The notes below the pieces were generated by a model. The model did not search any database and was not told the DNA's origin. It saw nothing but the letters and a program-made list of their open reading frames with translations. This document shows positions 26,201 to 34,052 of a stretch of DNA of 64,000 bases, one piece after another. The DNA is taken from positions 1 through 64,000 of the forward strand of contig JBBRPR010000036.1 in the NCBI GenBank assembly GCA_038227875.1. Reading direction: 5' to 3'. The first letter of the stretch is position 1. Every line of letters starts with the position of its first letter. The translations under genes were made by a program, and so were the position numbers. This stretch comes from Planctomycetota bacterium. Its GTDB lineage: Bacteria > Planctomycetota > SZUA-567 > H5-PLA8.

Positions 26201-26817
26201 GCCTACTGATCGAACGCAGCCTGCGCACAAACATGCCGGAAGGCGCCGACGACCCGGACGTCTTCTCGCGCCGCAGCAAGCGCGTGGCAGAGTTGGTCTG
26301 GAATGCGCTGCGTACACCGCTGCCACAATTAAAGGGCACGCCGCTCAGCGCGCTCGAACCGCGGCAGCGGCTGCACGAACTCGAATTCCACATGCCCTTC
26401 CAGATGAACCCCGGCAAGAATCTTCCGGCGGAAGTGAGCGCCGGAGAGGGTTTCATGACCGGCTTCATGGACTTGGTCTTCACGCACGGCGGCCGTTACT
26501 TTCTGCTCGACTGGAAAAGTAATTCCCTCGCGTCGTACACCGCCGACGACTTGGCGCGCGACATGGACGCGCGGCAGTACCACCTTCAATACCGCATTTA
26601 TTTGCAGGCGCTCAGCCGCTGGTTGCGCGTCACGCACAAGACCGCCAATCCGGCATCGCTGATCGGCGGCGTCCTCTACATTTATCTGCGCGGCATGAAC
26701 GTGGCCGATCCCACGCGCGGCGTCTTCTTCCGCGAACCCACGGCCGACGACTTCGATGAGCGTACGCTGGCTGATGCGTTGCGCGCCCAGGCCTTTGCCG
26801 GGAGGTCCGCGCCATGA
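23275..26817 (+). CDS. recB: Exodeoxyribonuclease V beta subunit
   Basis: EASAGTGKT, TYTEKAAAEL, IFTIHAFC, VDEFQDTD, VGDPKQAIYSFRNAD, TIHASKGLEFP, LLYVALTRA, nuclease GFMDLVF...LLDWKSN; ATGA overlap with recC. Confidence 0.96.
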   Translation: MSALDQIKPGSHAIFEASAGTGKTYTVEQLVLRFLRNGVPLEQILIVTYTEKAAAELQDRLRSAITAVARDVTQSSETMTHALERYDDAQIFTIHAFCLRILQQFPFDHGHNPRAKMTADDEVMAACLREVQRGQWPAAYQKDLTSLLAVARFNLDSGGSEWDKKISRLANSFRPDCNHKLEPDQTIAAQDLRDLREHFTAELAEITRLAGAHDPKAHLHQHPFYVGYGQLKFNSTWRDSRCRKYLVPILLWISDPESKVDAIASFARAYNACISADKKFDGFDVLSRDAKQVNTACQHLEEICQRLDALRARLAQIEYVLASGTIKDLLNHMDRYKQERGLHSFEDFLTRVARALKPEFNPRAADLIRTLRKKYRVAIVDEFQDTDPLQWSIFKTIFVDDTDEHQLVLVGDPKQAIYSFRNADVNTYLQAREELKMRGANVVRLETNFRSCVPLVHGLNTLFRDGTFFPGNSGIGYDDVLPAPDGSRPETTLDQTGRKAITVVNFPPDTSGAAARRQMSQFVAEEIARLLRPQAGKPMLAFENRGKEEIVRADSIAVLLFRRAESRWIEEQLRQRGIPFIFYKKTGIWQSDEAIHLNIVLKALARTDQPALFREMLLTRFFGVRPEDVAAFEHSSQTDLLHRLFLRWRELCDRRRWAELFRSILEDTGTLSAEFGAFDGSRRVANFRYITQELSRAAYERGLSLIDIVDLLQHKRMTSGEDESGLQPLETERPTVKLMTIHASKGLEFPIVFLAGGFTGKKVRSFLKYHDDSGRLVFNLDSSHEAGKEKAKQEEREESHRLLYVALTRAMLKLYIPSVPKSRFSDGVVSEILTPALTTAKLDHSEYAGFIPPPPRATAGSPSTPVAAVIDEHLVKIKLAEPLMPGVDLGRLALRRVELQSFSRLVHHTPVVQIPVLDRPARADDDARPEELAKDDLPPGAAAGDVLHSLIETIEFATVRDATDSAALLVEKSIPRLLIERSLRTNMPEGADDPDVFSRRSKRVAELVWNALRTPLPQLKGTPLSALEPRQRLHELEFHMPFQMNPGKNLPAEVSAGEGFMTGFMDLVFTHGGRYFLLDWKSNSLASYTADDLARDMDARQYHLQYRIYLQALSRWLRVTHKTANPASLIGGVLYIYLRGMNVADPTRGVFFREPTADDFDERTLADALRAQAFAGRSAP

Positions 26818-28847
26818 ACGACGACCGCGGCATCTCGCTGCAGCGCCTGTTCCCGACGTTCAACGCCGAACGGCTCCACCTTTTTCTGCGCGCAGCGGAA
26901 TCGGGACTGGAGGCGATCGACTTCTACACAATCAAGGATCTTCAGGATCTTTCCGGCTACAGCGACGACGACCTGGCGACGCTGCTGCTCTGCCAGTTCC
27001 TGGCCCTGCGCGAAGGCAGCGTCTGCATTGAACTTTCTCCGGAAGCGCTCGCCCGCCGGCTCGAAGGACTCGCGAGCGCCGACGACGCTGCGCGCCACGC
27101 GGCGGCGATGCTCGCGGCGCTCCAGAAAAATCCGTATCCCGACCTGATCGGCACGCGCGACGACGCCACCCGGCCGCTCGTCCGCCCGGGAAAAGCCAAG
27201 CGCGATCTGCTCTACTTTCAGAAGCACCTGCGCCACGAACGCGCGCTGAAAACGCTGCTCGATCAACGTCTCGCCGCGCCGCAGCACAGTGCCGACCTGA
27301 AAACGCTGCAGCCCCTGTTCAAGGCCAGCCTCGCCGCGCATGCGGCGGTCGGCGTGAATTTCAGCAGCGAACAGAAACTGGCCATCGCCCTCTCGCTGCT
27401 GCGGAATTTTGTCGTCATCTCCGGCGGGCCGGGCACGGGAAAAACGTCGGTGGTCTTCGCGCTGCTCAATTGCCTCATTCGCAACGGCACGCCGGCCGAA
27501 CGCATCCAACTCGCCTGCCCGACCGGACGAGCCGCTCAGCGCCTGACTGAATCCCTGCGCGCCGGCGCGGCGAAACTCGGCGGCGAGACTGCCGGCCCGC
27601 TCTCCAAACTCAGCGCCCAGACCGTCCATCGCCTGCTCGGCTACAATCCGCGCTCCGGCACGTTCGGTCAGCACCGCGAAAATCAGCTCTCCGCCGACGT
27701 GCTCATTGTCGACGAAGTCTCGATGATGGACGTGGTCCTCATGTCGCGTTTTCTGGAAGCCTCCGCGCCGCACGCGAAGATCGTGTTCCTCGGCGACAAG
27801 GATCAGCTTCCGTCCGTCGACGCCGGCTCCGTACTAGCCGACCTGATGCCCCGTGACGGCAAGCCCGCGTTCAGCGAATCGGTCCGTGAAAAACTGACGC
27901 AGTTGACCGGCGTCGAACTTGTCGGATCGCAGAGCAAAGAAGCGATGCGACTGGCCGACACTGTTGTGATCCTGAAGAAAAATTTCCGCTCGCAGCAGCA
28001 GATCACCGAGATCGCGCGCAGCATCAACGATGTCGGCACGGATCCGGCGCAAGCCACGGCTGTCGTACAGAGAATTCCGGCGCTCAAACTGGAAGCGTCA
28101 AAGGCGGCTGGTTTCCCTTACACGTGGCCCGCACAAGCTGGCGGGTGTTTTCGCCTGGACCATGCGCACCATCCCGATGAATGGCGCGCCGTGCTCGATG
28201 CCTGGGCGCGTTTTCATTATGTCGAGAACGCTGGCTATCCCGAACTCGTCCGCCGCCTCGCCGTCAGCGACGATGGCGCGTTCACGCCGGAACTCGAAGC
28301 GGAGATCGCGAAGGTTTTCGCTGTCGTCAGCGGCGCGCGCGTGCTGACGCTGATCCGCGACGGCATCTGGGGCTGCGAAGGCGTCAATCTCCACCTCGCC
28401 CGTCTGCTTTCCGACGCCAACGACCGCCGCGGCAGCGCCGGCATTTTCCCCGGCGCGCCGGTGCTCGTGACATCCAACGACTACACGCTCGATCTGTTCA
28501 ACGGCGACGTCGGAGTAACGTTGAAGACCGCCGACGGCGCGCTGCGCGTGGTTTTCGAACGCCAGGACGAGTCCGGCCGCCGCAAGTTCATCAGCCTGCC
28601 TCACGACATCCTGCCGCAGCATGAACTGGCGTTCGCGATGACCGTGCACAAAAGTCAGGGCTCGGAATACGGCCAAGTCCTGCTCGCGCTTCCGCCCGAA
28701 GGCGCGCAACGTCTACAGAACCGACAGCTTGTCTACACCGCGATCACGCGGGCGAAACAGGCTGCTGCTTGCTTCGGGGCGCCGACCGTGCTCAGCGCCG
28801 CAATTGCGCGCGCGCTGGAACGCTGCTCGGGCCTGACACAGGACTGA
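26814..28847 (+). CDS. recD: Exodeoxyribonuclease V alpha subunit
   Basis: ISGGPGTGKT, CPTGRAAQRL, TVHRLLG, VDEVSMMD, GDKDQLPSVDAG, LFNGDVG, AMTVHKSQGSEY, YTAITRAK; ATGA overlap with recB. Confidence 0.96.
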   Translation: MNDDRGISLQRLFPTFNAERLHLFLRAAESGLEAIDFYTIKDLQDLSGYSDDDLATLLLCQFLALREGSVCIELSPEALARRLEGLASADDAARHAAAMLAALQKNPYPDLIGTRDDATRPLVRPGKAKRDLLYFQKHLRHERALKTLLDQRLAAPQHSADLKTLQPLFKASLAAHAAVGVNFSSEQKLAIALSLLRNFVVISGGPGTGKTSVVFALLNCLIRNGTPAERIQLACPTGRAAQRLTESLRAGAAKLGGETAGPLSKLSAQTVHRLLGYNPRSGTFGQHRENQLSADVLIVDEVSMMDVVLMSRFLEASAPHAKIVFLGDKDQLPSVDAGSVLADLMPRDGKPAFSESVREKLTQLTGVELVGSQSKEAMRLADTVVILKKNFRSQQQITEIARSINDVGTDPAQATAVVQRIPALKLEASKAAGFPYTWPAQAGGCFRLDHAHHPDEWRAVLDAWARFHYVENAGYPELVRRLAVSDDGAFTPELEAEIAKVFAVVSGARVLTLIRDGIWGCEGVNLHLARLLSDANDRRGSAGIFPGAPVLVTSNDYTLDLFNGDVGVTLKTADGALRVVFERQDESGRRKFISLPHDILPQHELAFAMTVHKSQGSEYGQVLLALPPEGAQRLQNRQLVYTAITRAKQAAACFGAPTVLSAAIARALERCSGLTQD

Positions 28848-28866
28848 GTACGGCGCGTCACAAGTA

Positions 28867-28926
28867 AACGAGTACGTTGGTTTTTGGTGGTTGCAAATTT
28901 GCAACCACGGTTTTGCGCACAATGTG
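28867..28926. repeat. ~60-bp dispersed intergenic repeat, copy 2
   Basis: Contains the perfect palindrome GTGGTTGCAAATTTGCAACCAC; flanks match 17110-17166. Confidence 0.75.
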
Positions 28927-28955
28927 GTGGGCATCAGGCAGCGCAGTAGTTAAGG

Positions 28956-31094
28956 CTACACCACTACCTGGAACATTACGTACCGTCCGACTTCAGCGAA
29001 CTCAAAGAGAGCGCGTCCGTTGTCGAACGTGACGTTGACCGGCGTCTCGCGTTCGGTGTCGCTGGCCAGGATGCGGTGGGCGATGACCTGGCGCGGGGCG
29101 TTCTCCATCTGCAGTGAAATACGCAGCCCGGTCGCCGGTGTTTCGTGCGTGTTGATCGCGTGCACGGCGATCGCGCCGCTGCGCGTCGTCACGGCTTCGA
29201 CCACCACGTGTCCCTGCGCGACCTCTGCCTTCACCGGCAATCCGGCGTTGCACGCATACTCCAGTGCTTCAATCGCGGTCGACGCGTCTCCGTCGTGCAG
29301 CGAGGGCAGGTAGACCACGCGTCCTGTGCCGTGCCCGTGCTGCGTGGCGTACGGAAATTCCGGACCGCAAAGCGCCGCAATCGCCGGTTGCGGACGCACG
29401 CGCCGCCATTCGTCGCGCCGGCCGGTGGAACTTAGCGCCAGCAGTCCGCCGCCCGTGGAAACATAGCGCTCCAGCTTGCGCACGATTTCGTCTGAAATGC
29501 ATTCGCACCCGGCGAGCACCACGCAACGGTAGCGCGTGAGGTCTTCCAACTGTTGCGCGTAGACCAGATCGAACGGGACGTTGTTCTCGATCAGCAGATT
29601 TTCCAGCGCCAGTTGCGCCGCGCCATTGTCGCCTTCATCGAAAGAAAGGCTGGGCGTGTCGCGGTAGACGGCGATCGTGGAGACGGTGCGCGTGTCCAGC
29701 AGCAGCGTCTGCTTGTGCCGCGCGTAGAAATCCAGGTACGCGCGCAAGACCTTGAACTGCGCATCGCCGGCCACGCGGTGCTCCCAACCCGGCCCGAACC
29801 ACGGCGACAACACGTCGCCGGCCACACCAATGCCTTTGTTGTTGAACGCGAGCTGCAGGGCCAGGGTGGTCTCCAGCGCCGTGGTGCTGCTGGTATCGAG
29901 CGTCGATTCCGCCGCGCCGCCGAATGCGCGCGCGATTTTGAAATTCCGGATCGCCACGCGGTGCGCCGTGTTCACGCGCTCCATCGCGCCCTCCGGCGTC
30001 TCCGCAGCCGTCATCTCTTCGGCGTCCTGCGCTTCATAGGCGGCGCGCGGGTCGTTGCCGGATTCCGCGGACAGTTTCAGCGCGCGCGGCGGGCTGACTT
30101 CGGCGGTGATCGGTTCGTCTTCGAACACGTCGTCGCGCCGCGCCAATCCGGCGACGTCCAGATGCGGCAGCAGCTGCGGAACGCTCAGGCCATGCGTGGC
30201 ATCGGCGAAGACATTCTGCGTCAGAAGTTCCGCCCCGACAGCGCACTGCGGGTTGCGCTTGAAAATTGCGCGCGACAGGCGCGAGACGCTCTGCGCCAGC
30301 GTGTGCGCCTTGAACTTGATCCATTCCTGTTCGTGCGGCGAATCGGCGGTCGACGCCATGCTCGCGCTGGCGGCCGAGAACACCGGCGGGCGGACGTGGG
30401 TGAAACTGTTGTGGCCGAAGCGTTCTTTGCCCGCGTGGCGCGTGCGATCTTCCTGAGCTCCATATTGCGCGCGCAGATATTCGCGGAAGAGGCCCACACA
30501 GATCGGACAGCGGCACGTATCGGGCTCGGCGTTGTAGCCGACGGAGTCGAAGTAGATCAGATCCGCGCCGAAGTCCACCGCCATGCCGCAAACGCGTTCG
30601 ATGTAGCGCAGGAAACTTTCCGAGTTGTAGCACGGGCGCGCGGCGGGGCGACCCGGATGACCGCGCTCGGCGCTCCACAGATGACCGCCCTGGTCCGGCA
30701 CAAATGTTCGGCCGTCGGAGTTGAACTGCAGCCAGTTCTGTGCGTCGTTTTCTTCGGAAAGCAGCGTCTCGCTGGTCAGCGTGCCCAGCGCGACGACGGC
30801 AGCGACCTTGATCCCCCGCGCATGGGCGCGCGTGATGTAGTCGTGGACGCGCTCCATCTCGTCTTTTTCGAATTCGATGCCAAACCCGCTGAAGAAGCGC
30901 ACGTACACCAGTGTTACGCCCGCGCGCACCAGGCTGTCGAGCGACGCGTCGGAGTAATTCAGGTCATAGTGCTCTTCAAAATCCGTGCGCTGCCCGCCCG
31001 CATATTTGCGCAACGTCGGCGGCGGCGGGAGGGTGACGGCGACCAGGCCCGCGTCGCGGATCCACTGCGGTTTGCTCTTCGAAAATTCAGACAT
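28956..31094 (-). CDS. Glycoside-hydrolase-like TIM barrel with beta-galactosidase trimerisation (GATase1-like) domain
   Basis: RAHARGIKVAA, PCYNS..F, GADLIYFD, CRCPICVGLFREYL, NVPFDLV...LTRYRCVVLAGCECISD...LERYVSTGGGLLA; GGAG RBS. Confidence 0.7.
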   Translation of the reverse strand: MSEFSKSKPQWIRDAGLVAVTLPPPPTLRKYAGGQRTDFEEHYDLNYSDASLDSLVRAGVTLVYVRFFSGFGIEFEKDEMERVHDYITRAHARGIKVAAVVALGTLTSETLLSEENDAQNWLQFNSDGRTFVPDQGGHLWSAERGHPGRPAARPCYNSESFLRYIERVCGMAVDFGADLIYFDSVGYNAEPDTCRCPICVGLFREYLRAQYGAQEDRTRHAGKERFGHNSFTHVRPPVFSAASASMASTADSPHEQEWIKFKAHTLAQSVSRLSRAIFKRNPQCAVGAELLTQNVFADATHGLSVPQLLPHLDVAGLARRDDVFEDEPITAEVSPPRALKLSAESGNDPRAAYEAQDAEEMTAAETPEGAMERVNTAHRVAIRNFKIARAFGGAAESTLDTSSTTALETTLALQLAFNNKGIGVAGDVLSPWFGPGWEHRVAGDAQFKVLRAYLDFYARHKQTLLLDTRTVSTIAVYRDTPSLSFDEGDNGAAQLALENLLIENNVPFDLVYAQQLEDLTRYRCVVLAGCECISDEIVRKLERYVSTGGGLLALSSTGRRDEWRRVRPQPAIAALCGPEFPYATQHGHGTGRVVYLPSLHDGDASTAIEALEYACNAGLPVKAEVAQGHVVVEAVTTRSGAIAVHAINTHETPATGLRISLQMENAPRQVIAHRILASDTERETPVNVTFDNGRALFEFAEVGRYVMFQVVV

Positions 31095-31174
31095 GGATGC
31101 TCCAGAGTGCGTACATTTTTAGCGTGGAAGAAAGGTACGCCGTGCGGTCCGGTTGCGCAAGAGGAGGGGCGTGG

Positions 31175-31222
31175 ATGTGTGAGAAGGAGCAAGCGGCTGT
31201 ATGCTTGCTCCTTCTCACACAT
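31175..31222. repeat. Perfect 20-bp-stem intergenic hairpin
   Basis: ATGTGTGAGAAGGAGCAAGC-GGCTGTAT-GCTTGCTCCTTCTCACACAT, 7 bp after the U32 gene stop. Confidence 0.85.
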
Positions 31223-31228
31223 TCATTG

Positions 31229-33997
31229 TCACAACATTCCTGAATCGAAGTTCGCGGCATGTCCGCCCGGCACCGGTTGTCCGGCGCGTAGCGTGCGCCA
31301 GATCTTGCGGACGGCGGAAGGTTCGTACGGTCGATAGATAAATTCCGCGCGGACGCTCTGCGCGCCGGCATTTTGCAATTCTTTGAGCCGGGGACTCAGG
31401 CAGAAGGGTCCTTTGTTGAGGACGATCGTGCGGCAGTGGTAATCCAGCGCGGTGACTTTTTCGCCGTGGCTGGAGATCATGTCCATGCTCTCGAAACTGC
31501 AATTCGCCTTGCCGGGGCAGCCGCCGATCAGGTTCGCGTAGGCGCAGGATTCCGCAAGAAAGAGCGGCGTGTCCTGGTAGACGATTACCGTCGCGCGGGC
31601 GCCAAACTCGCGCAGCAGCGGCGCGAAATTCTGGAGGCCGTCTTCCGGCGAGAGCGTGAAGCGCCGCGCGCCCATCGCCAGCGTCTGCAGTGCGGCTGCG
31701 CGGTTGACGACGTAGACCGACCAATCCGTGGCGAGATCGATGGCGGCATCGGGTTGCAGCGGGTCGAGTCCCAGGAACGACCACGCCGACGCGTTTCCGG
31801 CCTCCCACTTCGTCCAACCGGCGGCGCGGAGCTGCGCGATCTTCTGCAGCAATCCCTTTTCTTCCCACTTGCGCGTCAGCGCAGGCAGCGCGAGCCGGAT
31901 GTGTTCGCGGCCGACGGTGGTCGCCAGCGCGTTCAATTTCTCCAGCAGCAGTGTCGGATGATCGCGCGCGATGTCGACGGTGATTTCGTCGATTTCGCGC
32001 CAGTCTTCAGCGTCGAACGCCTCCAGAAACGCTGCGCGGTCGACTTTGATCGACCACTTCAGAGACTGCGCGGTGAGATTGGTGGTATTTAACCCCTGCG
32101 CCTTATCCTTGCGGAGCACATCGGAGCAGACATCCGCATGCCGCCGCGCGGAGGCCGCGTTCAATTCCCGATCGAGCGCCTCGGTGATTTCGCGGCGCAG
32201 CGGGTTCAGCCGCGAGGCAGGCACGAACAGCGCGGCCGGATTGGCGAGCTCAAACTTTTCCAACGTGAAGCGCGTGTCGCCGAGCTTCTCGAACGCGCCC
32301 CGCACTGCGCCATCCATCTTCGCCGCGTCTTTCGCCGGAGTGAATGGACCGGGCAGCGCGCGCTGGAGTTCGATGAGTTTGTCGCTCGCGCGTTTCGGCT
32401 CGATCCGCGCCGTGACGAGCAGTTGATTGGCGTCCAGCCGCGCGGAAATCGCGACACCGCGCCGCGCGCGGTGTTCACCGGGCTTAGGAGTTGAATGACG
32501 ATAGCGGCGCTTCACCGATTGCGAGGACGAACAGTAAATCCGCGCACCGACGGGAATCGGCGGGTGCTCTTCCGGGAGATCGACTTCGACAGTGGCGTTG
32601 GCCGGAGCTTCGAAAATCGTGCCGCCCGACTTGCCGCGTCCTGCAACGATGCGCAGCGTCTCCACCGCGAAACCGAAGGGCTTGCCCAGGCCGGGCACGT
32701 CGATCTGCAACCCGTCGTGGCGTTCAATGCCGAGCTTGGTCGTGAAGCGCAAGCGCGGCGCAGATGAGCCGGCATTGACGATCTCGTCGACGCTGCCGAT
32801 CGGGTTGCCGCGGTGGCCGACGGTGTCGCGGTCGGCGACTTCCTTGTCTTTGTGCGACTGCACGAACAACCGCGTCCACGGCCGGCTGAAAACGGTCTTC
32901 ATGTCCGCTTCGTGCGACTGCCGTTCTTCCGGCGGCAGCGTGCCATCGAGCAGCTTGCGGTAGTAATCGGTGGTCGTCGCTACATAAAGGGGGCTTTTCT
33001 TGCGGCCTTCAATCTTCACGCACGAAACGCCGGCGGCCTGGAGCGCGGGCAGATGGTCCGGCAGCGCCAGGTCCTTCATCGAAAACGCGAAGCCGACGTT
33101 AGGATCGCGCCGCGTCGACGAGCCGTCGCGCAGCGTGTCCGGCGCGCCGCTGACCTTGAATTCATCGCGGCAGGAGTACGCGCATTTGCCGCGGTTGCCG
33201 CTGCGGCCCAAAGTCTGCGACGAAAACAGGCACAGCCCGCTGTACGAATAGCAGAGCGCGCCGTGGACGAAGACTTCCGTTTCGACGCCGGACGTCGCGG
33301 TGATGTCGGCAACCTCCTCGAGCGTCAGTTCGCGCGCCAGGACCACGCGGGTGAAGCCCATGCGCCGCAGCGTCTCCGCGCCCGCGCGGTTGTGCACGGC
33401 CAACTGCGTGCTGGCGTGCAGTTCGAGCTCCGGAAAATGCTTGCGGACGATGTTGTAAACGCCCAGGTCCTGAATGATCAGCGCGTCGACGCCGATGTCT
33501 GACATCGCGCCGAGCGCGTCGACCAGTTCTTCGAGTTCGTGCTGCAGCACCAGCGTGTTGACGGTCACGAACACACGGCGGCGGCGTTCGAGTGAGTGCG
33601 CGAAGCTGGTGATTGCATCAAGATCGTCGAATGTGAAATTCTCTGCTTCGGCGCGAGCCGAGAATTTTTTCAGGCCGAGGTAAATCGCGTCCGCGCCGTA
33701 GTAATACGCCGCGTATCCGGCATCGAGTCCGCCGGCCGGCGCGAGCAGCTCCACCGCGTGTTCGGCGCGCTTACCATCCAGCGGCACGACCAGCGGCGCT
33801 TCCGGCGCGAGCGGGTTGTACTCGCCTTGCGGACCTTCGGGTTCCGGCGGCGCGTCGGCGGGCACAAAGCCGGGCGCGGGCAGCACGGAGGCGAGCGTCA
33901 AGCCTTCCCAGGCCTTCGGCTTTTTCAGTCCGGTGGTGGAGCAACCGCAGTCTGCGGCGGATGTCTCTTTGGATGTACTGGATTCTGGAGCGGACAT
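31229..33997 (-). CDS. rlhA: U32 family protein with DUF3656, RlhA-like 23S rRNA hydroxylation protein; start uncertain
   Basis: ELLAPAG, GADAIYLG, FSARA, LHASTQ, RVVLAREL, EVFVHGALCYSYSGLCLFS...SGNRGKCAYSCR, KIEGRKK; long C-terminus with KLGDTRF...FVPASRLNPLRR. Confidence 0.78.
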   Translation of the reverse strand: MSAPESSTSKETSAADCGCSTTGLKKPKAWEGLTLASVLPAPGFVPADAPPEPEGPQGEYNPLAPEAPLVVPLDGKRAEHAVELLAPAGGLDAGYAAYYYGADAIYLGLKKFSARAEAENFTFDDLDAITSFAHSLERRRRVFVTVNTLVLQHELEELVDALGAMSDIGVDALIIQDLGVYNIVRKHFPELELHASTQLAVHNRAGAETLRRMGFTRVVLARELTLEEVADITATSGVETEVFVHGALCYSYSGLCLFSSQTLGRSGNRGKCAYSCRDEFKVSGAPDTLRDGSSTRRDPNVGFAFSMKDLALPDHLPALQAAGVSCVKIEGRKKSPLYVATTTDYYRKLLDGTLPPEERQSHEADMKTVFSRPWTRLFVQSHKDKEVADRDTVGHRGNPIGSVDEIVNAGSSAPRLRFTTKLGIERHDGLQIDVPGLGKPFGFAVETLRIVAGRGKSGGTIFEAPANATVEVDLPEEHPPIPVGARIYCSSSQSVKRRYRHSTPKPGEHRARRGVAISARLDANQLLVTARIEPKRASDKLIELQRALPGPFTPAKDAAKMDGAVRGAFEKLGDTRFTLEKFELANPAALFVPASRLNPLRREITEALDRELNAASARRHADVCSDVLRKDKAQGLNTTNLTAQSLKWSIKVDRAAFLEAFDAEDWREIDEITVDIARDHPTLLLEKLNALATTVGREHIRLALPALTRKWEEKGLLQKIAQLRAAGWTKWEAGNASAWSFLGLDPLQPDAAIDLATDWSVYVVNRAAALQTLAMGARRFTLSPEDGLQNFAPLLREFGARATVIVYQDTPLFLAESCAYANLIGGCPGKANCSFESMDMISSHGEKVTALDYHCRTIVLNKGPFCLSPRLKELQNAGAQSVRAEFIYRPYEPSAVRKIWRTLRAGQPVPGGHAANFDSGML

Positions 33998-34052
33998 GGC
34001 TTCTCGAACTTTCGCAGCTGGACTTAAAAAGGCGAAGTATAGCCGAACGCCC

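Noticed and set aside
29553..31337. Long plus-strand ORFs opposite real genes (also 11710..13482, 34872..36374, 37436..39112, 41369..43066)
   Set aside because: Shadow ORFs with Arg/Ala-rich non-protein-like composition overlapping well-supported minus-strand genes.
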